IMG/VR virus record: IMGVR_UViG_3300043399_000524
Span: 1 to 64,000 of that record
Length of the DNA: 64,000 nucleotides
From: a virus
Strand: one strand, 5' to 3'
The position numbers and the translations under genes were made by a program. Shown piece after piece: positions 55,150-64,000 of the stretch. Position 1 is the first letter of the stretch. Every line of letters starts with the position of its first letter. Under the pieces are notes generated by a model. That model was not told the origin of the DNA, made no database searches, and saw nothing but the letters and a program-made list of their open reading frames with translations.

Positions 55150-56154
55150 ATGTCTGTTATTCGTGTTCTGTCTGGTTCTTATCGCAACGAACCCGTGAAA
55201 GGTGAAATCTTCACTCTCGTCAAAGGCTACCAACTTGGTGCCAAAGGTGGTTTCGTGACTGTTAAGAACGAAGGTCAGTTCCCCGGTCGACCTGCTGAGG
55301 TCCGTGTGCAAGTTGACAATCAGGAATGCATTCAATTCATGGCAGGTCGTGACACTGTGAAGGTTGAAGCTCCTAAGGAAACTGATGAACAGGCAATGGA
55401 TCGTATTGCTACTCGCTTTGCTGTCCTTGATGAAATGTCTGCCGCATGTATCGCAGGCAACATCCGTGCTATGATTGTGACTGGTCCTGCAGGTATCGGT
55501 AAGTCACACGGTGTGACTACTCAAATGGAAAAGGCATCGATGTTTGACCAAATTGCAGGCAAGCGTCCTCGCTTTGAGATTGTCAAAGGTGCTATTTCTG
55601 GCATCGGTCTGTTCGCTACATTGTACAAGTATTCCGACAAGAAAAACGTTCTGGTGTTCGATGACTGCGATGTGTGGGAAGATCAGGACGCTATTAATGT
55701 GTTGAAGGGTGCATTGGATAGTGGCAAGACCCGTCGTATCAGTTGGAACAAGGACAGTCGCCTGTTGCGTGACGAAGGCGTTCCCAATCAATTCAACTTC
55801 AACGGGTCTATAATTTTCATCACTAACAAGACCTTTGACAACAAAAAGGCAAGCAAGATTCAACCTCACTTGGATGCTCTCCAAAGTCGTTGTCACTTTC
55901 TTGACCTGACTGTTGACAGTGAGCGTGACAAGATGCTCCGCATCAAGCAAGTTCACCGCGATGCTGATGGTGGCCTGTTCAAAGACTATGATTTCACTCA
56001 GGAACAAACTGATGAAATTATGTCATTCATCGAAGTCAATCATGCTAAATTGCGTGAAGTGTCACTGCGTATGTGTCTCAAGATTGCTGACCTTGTCAAG
56101 ATTTCCGCTAACTGGCGTGAACTGGCCAAGGCAACTTGTATGAAACCTGCTTAA
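55150..56154 (+). CDS. AAA+-type ATPase, early
   Basis: TGPAGIGKS, VLVFDDCD, FITN, ALQSRC. Confidence 0.75.
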   Translation: MSVIRVLSGSYRNEPVKGEIFTLVKGYQLGAKGGFVTVKNEGQFPGRPAEVRVQVDNQECIQFMAGRDTVKVEAPKETDEQAMDRIATRFAVLDEMSAACIAGNIRAMIVTGPAGIGKSHGVTTQMEKASMFDQIAGKRPRFEIVKGAISGIGLFATLYKYSDKKNVLVFDDCDVWEDQDAINVLKGALDSGKTRRISWNKDSRLLRDEGVPNQFNFNGSIIFITNKTFDNKKASKIQPHLDALQSRCHFLDLTVDSERDKMLRIKQVHRDADGGLFKDYDFTQEQTDEIMSFIEVNHAKLREVSLRMCLKIADLVKISANWRELAKATCMKPA

Positions 56155-56173
56155 TCATTGAAAGGAAGCAAAA

Positions 56174-56356
56174 ATGAAACAGCGTAAGCTAACCCCAATT
56201 CAATCTAAGGCCTTGATGCGTAAGGTTACAGGATTGACTGATGTAGATTATCAACCAACACAAACCTTGGCATTCACTACAGTGAATGATAAAAAATATC
56301 GTTTGGTATATGATACCGATCTTAAATTCACTGGTTTGGCTCATAGGATTTACTAA
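56174..56356 (+). CDS. Small hypothetical protein
   Basis: SD aagga. Confidence 0.5.
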   Translation: MKQRKLTPIQSKALMRKVTGLTDVDYQPTQTLAFTTVNDKKYRLVYDTDLKFTGLAHRIY

Positions 56357-56406
56357 TTACTGCCGTGTGAAGGCGGGGCAATGTCAATAAGTCCCCCACC
56401 TATCTG

Positions 56407-56433
56407 AAAAGGAGACTTTGGTCTCCTTTTCTT
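56407..56433 (+). terminator. Rho-independent terminator
   Basis: aaaaggagac-tttg-gtctcctttt. Confidence 0.7.
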
Positions 56434-56479
56434 TGCCTGTTTATTTGATTTTCAAAACAATATTAAATATAATGTTAAG

Positions 56480-57493
56480 ATGCTTTTCTCGACACTTGAT
56501 GAATTGGCTACATGGATGCTTACCAATATTAGATTGAGTAGGTATGATGACCAATTTATAAACAATCTAACACTGTATATTACTAGTCAAAAAAGGATTA
56601 CGACCAATCAGGATACACTATTTAAAAGAGTCGCAAGGAAGTACCACAGGCAGTTTTCCCATCACAAAATTAATGTAGAAAATGAATTATTATTGCATTG
56701 GTCAGTTGATGTAGTTGAAAGTTTACCCGAGTATACAGGGGCAAACATAAAGATAGAGAATGATAAAATAATTTTTCGTAGTCCCTACAATAAAAATTTT
56801 CTTGCTGCACTTAGAAAAAATACCCCATACAGCCTAGTGTGGGTTAAAGAAAAAAAACAATACGAAGCCAATTACAGCCCTACAGTATTGAAACAATTGA
56901 TATATTTGTCAGCGGAACATTATACAGTGCTAAATTATTGTGACACTGTTACACAAATAATCAACACTCTTAGCGAATATGATTCAGTTAAATATTGGGT
57001 TCCCACGTTAGTATACAACAAGGGCTATTACATTGCCGCAATAAATGAACATGTATATGAGGCAACAAAACATATTGAATTGTCAAGTGACCTAAAATCA
57101 ATCGCTCAGTTGGTTAAGTATGGTATCACTGTAGACCAATCAGTTAAGGATGAATTGTTAAAAACAGAACATGAAGACCGTGTGAAGTTAGCAACAGAAT
57201 TTCATGCAACTGTAGAATTGCGTGATATAAAAACAATAATGAGTTGGTTAAAAGAGTTTGGATGTGACGCAATCAATGAAAGCAAAACATTGTTAACTAC
57301 CCCTTGGAATATATCATTAGCTTCTGAATGTGGTATTGATATTTGTAGAACAACAAAATCACTGCGTGATTATAAAAATCCAGTCGCAGTATATCTGCGC
57401 GGTAGCATACAGATGTTTGAAACAAAACCTATAAAATTGATGAAAATCATAAGGGTAGTGAACTCGGAACCAGTTAATTTAGGACCTAAATGA
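56480..57493 (+). CDS. Hypothetical protein upstream of uvsW
   Basis: Long ORF, ATGA-coupled to uvsW. Confidence 0.6.
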   Translation: MLFSTLDELATWMLTNIRLSRYDDQFINNLTLYITSQKRITTNQDTLFKRVARKYHRQFSHHKINVENELLLHWSVDVVESLPEYTGANIKIENDKIIFRSPYNKNFLAALRKNTPYSLVWVKEKKQYEANYSPTVLKQLIYLSAEHYTVLNYCDTVTQIINTLSEYDSVKYWVPTLVYNKGYYIAAINEHVYEATKHIELSSDLKSIAQLVKYGITVDQSVKDELLKTEHEDRVKLATEFHATVELRDIKTIMSWLKEFGCDAINESKTLLTTPWNISLASECGIDICRTTKSLRDYKNPVAVYLRGSIQMFETKPIKLMKIIRVVNSEPVNLGPK

Positions 57494-58947
57494 AAGAATG
57501 TAAACTAATAATTAAAGATGAAGTAAATGTAAAACTAGAGGGGCTTGAACTGGCTGACCGTAAAACATTAATGAAGATGTTTGAATACGAAATGCCAGGT
57601 GCAAGATATCTTCCTGCAGTTAGATTAGGACGTTGGAATGGTAAGGTCAGTTATTTTGCATTGGGTGGTAGCACATATATCAATCTATTACCTGAGATTT
57701 TGCCACTATTAGATCAAGCAGGTTATGATATTCAGTTAGAAGATTTGCGTGAGTATACGACAACCTTCAATTTTAACAAAGTGTCCGAGTCTCTGTTTTC
57801 TCAGCATGTTTGGCCTAAGAAGCATCCTAAGGAAGGTCAACCAATTGAATTGCGTGACTATCAAGTAGAGGTAATCAACCGTTTCTTAGAGAATCCTCAA
57901 TGTATTCAGGAAGTTGCAACTGGAGCAGGCAAGACTATCACAACAGCCGCACTTAGTTATAGCGTTCAGAACTATGGACGTAGTATTGTTATTGTCCCCA
58001 ACAAGTCACTGGTCACACAAACAGAAGAAGATTATAAAAACGTAGGGCTTGATGTTGGTGTGTATTTCGGTGACAGAAAAGAGATAGGTAAAACACACAC
58101 TATCTGTACTTGGCAAAGTCTAAACAATTTATTGAAGAAAACAAAAGCAGGTGAAACTGAAATATCTATCGGGGAATTCATCGAGGACGTAGTATGTGTG
58201 ATTGTTGACGAGGTTCACCAAGCAAAAGCAGACGCACTAAAAACACTAATGACTAGCGTGTTCAGTCATGTGCCCATCAGATGGGGTTTAACTGGAACTA
58301 TTCCAAAAGCAAAGTTTGAAGCACAAGCATTGTTTGTTAGCATTGGTCCTGTTATCGGTAAACTTGCTGCAAGTGAGTTACAAGAACGAGGAGTACTTGC
58401 ACAATGTCATGTGAATATTGTACAATTAAAAGATGATGTAGAATTTACAAACTACCAAAGTGAATTGAAGTATCTTACTGAGGACAAGAAACGTTTAGAT
58501 GCTATCAGTGAACTTGTGTTGAAAATCAATCAGACAGGAAATACATTGATTCTTGTAGATAGAATTAGTGCAGGAAAAGAATTAGTTGACAGATTACCGG
58601 GCTCTGTGTTTGTCAGTGGAGAAACAAAATTAACCGAAAGGAAAGAAGAATATGACGAAGTTGCTATTTCCAATGACAAAATTATTGTGGCAACTTATGG
58701 GGTCGCGGCTGTTGGTATTAATATACCTCGTATCTTTAACTTGGTTCTGTTGGAACCTGGCAAGTCGTTTGTTAGAGTTATTCAGTCAATAGGTCGAGGT
58801 ATTAGAAAAGCTGAGGACAAAGACTTTGTCCAAATTTGGGACATAACATCAAGCTGTAAGTTTGCTAAACGTCACTTGACCCAAAGAAAGAACTTTTACA
58901 AAGAAGCTAACTACCCTTTTGATATTGAAAAACTTACTTATAAGTGA
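57490..58947 (+). CDS. uvsW: SF2 DNA helicase, UvsW-like
   Basis: LRDYQ Q motif, ATGAGKT, VDEVH, GLTGT, GINIP, QSIGRGIR. Confidence 0.9.
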   Translation: MKECKLIIKDEVNVKLEGLELADRKTLMKMFEYEMPGARYLPAVRLGRWNGKVSYFALGGSTYINLLPEILPLLDQAGYDIQLEDLREYTTTFNFNKVSESLFSQHVWPKKHPKEGQPIELRDYQVEVINRFLENPQCIQEVATGAGKTITTAALSYSVQNYGRSIVIVPNKSLVTQTEEDYKNVGLDVGVYFGDRKEIGKTHTICTWQSLNNLLKKTKAGETEISIGEFIEDVVCVIVDEVHQAKADALKTLMTSVFSHVPIRWGLTGTIPKAKFEAQALFVSIGPVIGKLAASELQERGVLAQCHVNIVQLKDDVEFTNYQSELKYLTEDKKRLDAISELVLKINQTGNTLILVDRISAGKELVDRLPGSVFVSGETKLTERKEEYDEVAISNDKIIVATYGVAAVGINIPRIFNLVLLEPGKSFVRVIQSIGRGIRKAEDKDFVQIWDITSSCKFAKRHLTQRKNFYKEANYPFDIEKLTYK

Positions 58948-58959
58948 TAAGATATAACT

Positions 58960-59460
58960 ATGCGAATACTTACATTAGACAATGAACCATATAATTTAGA
59001 GAATCTTCCTGAAGAAGTGGACGATCTTAGATTTGCCATACTTGACAATTCGAACCCCAATTCAGTTGATTATCATTATATACCTTTAATCTTTTTGGAA
59101 AGTTTCAATAGCCCCGCGCTTGTTCTACGCATCGGAAATTCAGTAATTAAAATGCCTGTTGATTGGCAGATATTGATAGGTGAAAAAGAGCACGGAGACT
59201 TAGAAACATTACCATTGACTAGTATTAATGATCGAGGCTTCAATGCATTTGAGTTTAACCCACTAACTAGTTTCAGACCAGACTTTCTACCTATCGAAAT
59301 CATTGACATTTATCATGATGTAACTTGGTACGCACCTCGACTACGTAATGGTCAGTTTTTGTGTGTTCCGATTGATGAAGGTCATAAGCCCAGATGTGTT
59401 TACTTTGTTAAAGAGATTAGTAGAAACTGTGAGATTGTAAATTACTCTCAAGCATTTTGA
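58960..59460 (+). CDS. Hypothetical beta-rich protein
   Basis: Coherent ORF. Confidence 0.55.
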   Translation: MRILTLDNEPYNLENLPEEVDDLRFAILDNSNPNSVDYHYIPLIFLESFNSPALVLRIGNSVIKMPVDWQILIGEKEHGDLETLPLTSINDRGFNAFEFNPLTSFRPDFLPIEIIDIYHDVTWYAPRLRNGQFLCVPIDEGHKPRCVYFVKEISRNCEIVNYSQAF

Positions 59461-60056
59461 TTATGGCAACTAAAAAAGAACCAGTTTCAAAAGAAGAAAA
59501 ACTAGAAAAACAAGATATAAACTTGTTTGAAGTTCTTGCGGCATTGGATAGAAAAGATTACACATATTATGATTCACTGTCAGAAGAACAACAAAAGAAA
59601 ATTGTGCCGTTTATGCTTACTAAATGGATGAGCGCAATCAAAGGTAGTGAAGGTCTTTCTAGATATTATGTTATGAGTACAAATGAATACGCAAACAAAT
59701 ATCTATTCAATGAATATGTATCTAAACATCCTAAATTGCAATGGCTGATGTTGTGCGCTAGCAGTCCTAGCTTAGGAAAACAATTTCATCAGTGGATACC
59801 TGAAATCAGCGTAAAAGTTTCTAAATTAGAAGAAGCGGCTAATTTAAAAAGCGTAAAAGAATATTACAAAAAGATTTATCCCAAAGCCAGTGATGATGAT
59901 ATTGGTGCAGTGAGTGAAGCATTTGTAGAAGAACAAAAACGAAAAAGATATTTGGCTCAACTGTTTCCCGAATTAAAAGTTGCAGACATAGAAGTACTTA
60001 ACCAGATTACAACAGATGAACAAATTGCTCAGTACGAAAGAGACCGTGGAAACTGA
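59460..60056 (+). CDS. Putative clamp-loader small subunit (gp62-like)
   Basis: LFEVL..LD, PFMLTKWMS, NEY.N, QWLML pattern; tentative. Confidence 0.45.
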   Translation: MMATKKEPVSKEEKLEKQDINLFEVLAALDRKDYTYYDSLSEEQQKKIVPFMLTKWMSAIKGSEGLSRYYVMSTNEYANKYLFNEYVSKHPKLQWLMLCASSPSLGKQFHQWIPEISVKVSKLEEAANLKSVKEYYKKIYPKASDDDIGAVSEAFVEEQKRKRYLAQLFPELKVADIEVLNQITTDEQIAQYERDRGN

Positions 60057-60744
60057 CAAACCGTTGAAATATGGTTGTGATTTTTGCGGCAGAGAATTTG
60101 CTAGAGAATCAACAATAGCAAAACATATTTGTGAATACAAACAAAGATGGATGAATAAAGACCTACATGGTAATCGTATAGGTTTTCAGTCATGGGTTCA
60201 GTTTTACAAAAAGAATACTAACTCTAAGAAAACTAAGACCTACGAAGAATTCATCAAGTCAGCATATTACACTGCATTTGTAAAATTCGGAACGCACTGT
60301 GTAGATATAAACGCTATCAACATACCAAGATATGTTGATTGGTTGTTGAAAAATCAAATTAAGATTGACACATGGACAAGTGATACAACTTACACAAAGT
60401 ATCTGATTGAATATCTTAAAACAGAAGATCCATTAGATGGTATTGCCAGAAGTGTAGAGGCTACGATTAAGTTGGGAGAGAATGCAGGCATATTACCCAA
60501 AGATGTTTTACGTTATGGCAATACAAATCGCATTTGCTATGAAATTACTAAGGGCAAGATTAGTCCATGGATGCTTTATCAAAGCAACAGTGGTATTGAA
60601 TTTTTAAGCAAAGTCAATGATATTCCAGAACAAGCTAAAATAATAATGGATTATATTGATCCAGAACAATGGGCATTAAAATTTCACAGAGAACCAGAAA
60701 ATGTCAGAACAGCCAAAGAGATCCTCAACGCTGGCGGGTATTAA
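60016..60744 (+). CDS. Hypothetical protein with N-terminal C2H2-like Zn finger
   Basis: CDFCGREF...KHIC; start may be GTG 60046. Confidence 0.55.
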   Translation: MNKLLSTKETVETDKPLKYGCDFCGREFARESTIAKHICEYKQRWMNKDLHGNRIGFQSWVQFYKKNTNSKKTKTYEEFIKSAYYTAFVKFGTHCVDINAINIPRYVDWLLKNQIKIDTWTSDTTYTKYLIEYLKTEDPLDGIARSVEATIKLGENAGILPKDVLRYGNTNRICYEITKGKISPWMLYQSNSGIEFLSKVNDIPEQAKIIMDYIDPEQWALKFHREPENVRTAKEILNAGGY

Positions 60745-60955
60745 TGTTGAGCACGATTATCGTGTAAGGATACCTTTTAATCTAATACATGACATAACGA
60801 CAGGTCAAAATACTTGGAATGAATCCTGCGCTAAAGCAATAGAAATGTTTGGGTTGCCGGGTGACAAATATTCATGGAGATTCACAAAAGAATATATTGA
60901 GTTTTGGTTCCGTGAAGAAAAAGATGCAATGATGTTTGAACTATGTTGCGGATAA
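60701..60955 (+). CDS. Small F-x-L-x-W family paralog
   Basis: WFREEKDAMMFEL. Confidence 0.55.
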   Translation: MSEQPKRSSTLAGINVEHDYRVRIPFNLIHDITTGQNTWNESCAKAIEMFGLPGDKYSWRFTKEYIEFWFREEKDAMMFELCCG

Positions 60956-61359
60956 AAGCTAGAATTCGTAAATGGAAAGCCGAGCGCAAACTCAAAAAGA
61001 GTGGGTATGAGAATTGGCGTCAATATAAACACAACCGTGATTCTGGAGTAGAACAGTATGCCCAATGCGTAGAAGATTTCTACCTTGATTACCCATATGT
61101 CTACGCTTGTAAAAACCCAACCCATTACGCATATCAATGTTTAGATGATTTTGGTCTCGGTGTTCAGCGTTTTGGGTTCGATGAAATGAACGATTGGTGT
61201 CACGAAAAGATAAGGTGGAACTTTCGTTGTGATATGCATAGGGTTTATGAGAACCAATGGGGAAGAATGGAGTTGAATGATATCGGCGGATATGATATAA
61301 TATACTTTGCATTCAAGCGTGAACAAGATTTTACACACTTCTTACTAAGATGGGCTTAA
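60943..61359 (+). CDS. F-x-L-x-W family paralog
   Basis: FAFKREQDFTHFLLRWA. Confidence 0.6.
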   Translation: MLRIKARIRKWKAERKLKKSGYENWRQYKHNRDSGVEQYAQCVEDFYLDYPYVYACKNPTHYAYQCLDDFGLGVQRFGFDEMNDWCHEKIRWNFRCDMHRVYENQWGRMELNDIGGYDIIYFAFKREQDFTHFLLRWA

Positions 61360-61598
61360 AGAAAATCTACATGATGTATCACACACCAAGAACAATAGAA
61401 GTTCTTAATTGGTTTTATGATACGTTCGGTGAACCACAAGAATGGAGTGCAATAGTATTGGAGCCTGTTCAATTGAAACATGGTTATCAATGGGCTAATG
61501 GTAAACACCATGACGGTGACTGGGACGAATTTGATACGGTTCCTGTAATTTGGTGTACAGAAAAAGCGTTTATGATGTATTCTTTGAGGTGGTTATAA
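61350..61598 (+). CDS. F-x-L-x-W family paralog
   Basis: EKAFMMYSLRWL. Confidence 0.55.
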   Translation: MGLKKIYMMYHTPRTIEVLNWFYDTFGEPQEWSAIVLEPVQLKHGYQWANGKHHDGDWDEFDTVPVIWCTEKAFMMYSLRWL

Positions 61599-61849
61599 TG
61601 GAACAAGGTAGCTTTACATACAAGACTGAAAAATATTACGGTAGCAAGAAAAATGTCCACACCATTTCTTGGAAGGGGAAGGGCGAAGTTGATAGCGCAG
61701 AGATTCAGAAATGGTGCATTGACAATTTCGGGCAACCTGGCTACCAAGAAGAACACGGTGAAGCACGATGGCTAGACCATACTGATTTTGGTGAAATCTT
61801 TTTGTGTAAAGATGAAGACTTGACCTTCTTCTTACTCAAGTGGACATGA
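61598..61849 (+). CDS. F-x-L-x-W family paralog
   Basis: SD gaggt; KDEDLTFFLLKWT. Confidence 0.6.
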   Translation: MEQGSFTYKTEKYYGSKKNVHTISWKGKGEVDSAEIQKWCIDNFGQPGYQEEHGEARWLDHTDFGEIFLCKDEDLTFFLLKWT

Positions 61850-62079
61850 GAAGAATTCATTTTGAAGGCCCTACATGGCATGACACCAAACCCGGTTGGC
61901 ACGAAATCGAGTTGAACCTAAACGGGCAACCAAAACGCTATCGTGAAATTATAGAATGGCTGTATAATAGTATAGATAAGCCCGAAAGGCATTGTAGGTG
62001 GTTTGAAACTAGTGTAGGAATTAAAATCAAGTTTAGGTATGAACGGGACTATATTTTGGCAATGTTGAGGTGGAAATGA
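61840..62079 (+). CDS. F-x-L-x-W family paralog
   Basis: FRYERDYILAMLRWK. Confidence 0.6.
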   Translation: MDMRRIHFEGPTWHDTKPGWHEIELNLNGQPKRYREIIEWLYNSIDKPERHCRWFETSVGIKIKFRYERDYILAMLRWK

Positions 62080-62429
62080 GAGTAAGCATTTGGTATCGCA
62101 CTGAATTACAGCAACCTAGTAAGTCAGGTTACTATCTAAGTTATCGTGGATGGGGCATCGGTGGCAAGGCTGATGGTGATAGCGATTGGGGTTATGTCTA
62201 TTACGATAAGAAAAAAAATCAATGGAGTGACTACAAAAGCGAGGATAGTCACTATGCTATTGTCTATTACTGGACTGATGCTACACCTGATGATTGGACA
62301 GACCAAGACCCTCCTAGCGTCAGCCTACACATACTAAAAGCACAACATAATGTAGCCCTGGAAGATGCGTGGAAAAAAGTTGTAGAAGCAATTGACCAAT
62401 ACAACATGATTAAAGAGTTGGTGAAATGA
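62070..62429 (+). CDS. Hypothetical protein
   Basis: Coupled ORF. Confidence 0.55.
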   Translation: MEMRVSIWYRTELQQPSKSGYYLSYRGWGIGGKADGDSDWGYVYYDKKKNQWSDYKSEDSHYAIVYYWTDATPDDWTDQDPPSVSLHILKAQHNVALEDAWKKVVEAIDQYNMIKELVK

Positions 62430-62728
62430 AACAAGGCGATATCATTAAACTTATTGAAGAAATTGCCGATGGGTTAGCAAAAAAGATTAAACATGATAAA
62501 GCAATGTTTGAGATAAAAACAAATACTAAGTATAAGTTCAGCCGTAACTGGTATCAAGCATATTTCGACCTTAAAGACTATGATGCTGTAGATGAATGGT
62601 GTGAACAACAGTTTGGAAAGCATCCTAAGAATCCTGATGCTTGGAGTCGCTGGTGGCACAAGTTTGAGGACAGTATTCTGTTCCGTGATGAAAAGGACTA
62701 TGTGTTGTTCACGTTGAGGTGGAGTTGA
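62426..62728 (+). CDS. F-x-L-x-W family paralog
   Basis: LFRDEKDYVLFTLRWS. Confidence 0.6.
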   Translation: MKQGDIIKLIEEIADGLAKKIKHDKAMFEIKTNTKYKFSRNWYQAYFDLKDYDAVDEWCEQQFGKHPKNPDAWSRWWHKFEDSILFRDEKDYVLFTLRWS

Positions 62729-63006
62729 TGAAATTATTTTATAGTAGTGCTGGGGCAAGCAATCCTAGCTTTGTGTATAAATTCAAAGTTAAAAAGTGTA
62801 CAACTGAAATGTATGAGTGGGCTAGCAATTATCCCGAAAAAGGCCCCTTCAGCCGTTGGTATGTAGAATGGAATACTATGAAAATGGATAGCGGCAAAAA
62901 TTACGATGTAATACAGATTGAACACAGCGAAGCAGCCAAAATATTCAAAATTGCATTCGCGGGTGAATATGAAGATATCACTATGAAAGAATATAGGCTT
63001 GATTGA
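62719..63006 (+). CDS. Small hypothetical protein, possibly same family
   Basis: MYEWA...RWY...EAAKIFKIAF. Confidence 0.5.
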   Translation: MELMKLFYSSAGASNPSFVYKFKVKKCTTEMYEWASNYPEKGPFSRWYVEWNTMKMDSGKNYDVIQIEHSEAAKIFKIAFAGEYEDITMKEYRLD

Positions 63007-63217
63007 AGTCAAACTGATAGATAAACTTCCTATTGAGTTTTTGGTCATTGTAAATGAACTCAAAGAAAAGGGATATGTTCAAGGCGTAGACTTTGACTTT
63101 GCCTATCATCCACCCAAATTTGATGACTTTTCAGGTGATGCAGTCTATAATAGATGTGTAATCTTTACTTTTTATAAAGAAGAATTAGCAACATGGTTCA
63201 GTCTAATATACCATTAA
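62999..63217 (+). CDS. Small hypothetical protein, possibly same family
   Basis: FTFYKEELATWFSLIY. Confidence 0.55.
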   Translation: MIEVKLIDKLPIEFLVIVNELKEKGYVQGVDFDFAYHPPKFDDFSGDAVYNRCVIFTFYKEELATWFSLIYH

Positions 63218-63468
63218 CAATAGATCAAGTAATCAAAGAGAAAGTCGATGAAATGCAAAAGGGTATCGACAATGATGTTATGAGAGCCTGTTTAGTCGAA
63301 AGTGGCTGGACACAAGTAGAATTCTACTATACCAATAATAAACACGCAATTGATGTGCTAAATTGGATCGGTGACAATGTGAAAGAAAATCAGTGGTCAC
63401 GGTTGAACAGTTACTTTGTATTCCGCAAGAAAAAAGATGCGGAGTGGTTCATGTTACGATGGCTATAA
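63193..63468 (+). CDS. F-x-L-x-W family paralog
   Basis: VFRKKKDAEWFMLRWL. Confidence 0.6.
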   Translation: MVQSNIPLTIDQVIKEKVDEMQKGIDNDVMRACLVESGWTQVEFYYTNNKHAIDVLNWIGDNVKENQWSRLNSYFVFRKKKDAEWFMLRWL

Positions 63469-63469
63469 A

Positions 63470-63691
63470 ATGGAATATACTATAGTCGAAGATGGGTGTG
63501 ACTGCTATCCTTGGCATGAAGTTTATGCTTTGTTGCCGCATAAAACTGTGACTGGTAAGAGAGTTTGGTTACAAAAAGTGTATAAGCGTAAAGTGTGGGT
63601 TGTATGGGGCACAGGATTTCATATGGAACCAGAAGTGCAATATGCTACTGCATTTGATTTATTAGTTTATGACAACAAGTATAATCCTTAA
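63470..63691 (+). CDS. Small hypothetical protein
   Basis: ATG directly after previous stop. Confidence 0.5.
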   Translation: MEYTIVEDGCDCYPWHEVYALLPHKTVTGKRVWLQKVYKRKVWVVWGTGFHMEPEVQYATAFDLLVYDNKYNP

Positions 63692-63890
63692 ACATGGGTT
63701 AGGTGCCCGTGAAGAACAATGGTTAGCAAAGAATGTGGGGCCTAGAATGCATTATATTCACAATAGCATAGGTGGACAGGGCTGGATAGCTAAACGTGAA
63801 TGGACTCCTGGAATGGTTAGTAGAGAATGGGTTCTGACATTTGAAGATGAACGCTATGCTACATTTTTTAGATTGATGTTTCCAGAATGA
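63669..63890 (+). CDS. Small hypothetical protein, possibly same family
   Basis: TFEDERYATFFRLMF. Confidence 0.55.
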   Translation: MTTSIILKHGLGAREEQWLAKNVGPRMHYIHNSIGGQGWIAKREWTPGMVSREWVLTFEDERYATFFRLMFPE

Positions 63891-64000
63891 ATATATCTAA
63901 AGACTTTCAGGATTATGATGACGATGGTCCAGAAATGGAATTTCGAAAAAACCGCTGGAACTATTGGTCTGCTCTTAAACAAGCACGCCAAGAATATATG
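63887..64000 (+). CDS. Partial ORF truncated by window end
   Basis: ATGA-coupled, open to position 64000. Confidence 0.45.
   Translation, partial: MNISKDFQDYDDDGPEMEFRKNRWNYWSALKQARQEYM

Noticed and set aside
56358-56400. Possible small structured RNA (gccgtgtgaaggcggggcaatgtcaataagtcccc) before a terminator
   Set aside because: Only short, overlapping stems; cannot be supported without covariation data
58960-59460. Stand-alone Hint-like domain after uvsW
   Set aside because: Beta-rich pattern is suggestive but no N-terminal Cys or TxxH motif is present
1-64000. Genome-wide TAG reassignment (genetic code 15)
   Set aside because: Long genes of 1000-1500 codons are intact under the standard code; internal TAGs were found in only two genes

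Overview
64 kb of an AT-rich, densely coded, almost entirely plus-strand T4-like (jumbo) myophage genome; the spanin-like genes suggest a Gram-negative host. Contents in order: (1) a 1545-aa tail-fibre-like protein built from 17-aa repeats with a C-terminal S74 chaperone, followed by a glycosylation/sulfation cluster; (2) nrdA split into two genes by a GIY-YIG endonuclease, then nrdB, aceA and glutaredoxin; (3) PAAR, a large structural gene, a SleB-type hydrolase and metK; (4) an HNH gene, an iscU with an in-frame TAG, a tRNA with a CUA (amber) anticodon and a second gene with TAG at codon 3; (5) sigma70-promoter modules (MoxR-type AAA plus vWA/metallopeptidase); (6) folA, thyA, nucleotide-sugar enzymes and spanin-like genes; (7) paralogs carrying T4-like capsid-targeting N-termini, terminase, gp32, uvsX, uvsY, uvsW; (8) a tandem array of small paralogs. 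Seven free-standing homing endonuclease genes are present. The most striking feature is the local amber-recoding locus at about 23.5-26.5 kb: the only three in-frame TAGs I found in likely genes lie within about 2 kb of the CUA tRNA. The iscU TAG sits in a 9-nt insertion that could also be skipped by a Gly GGU-to-GGC ribosomal hop. All calls are from reading the sequence; no database search or folding program was run.
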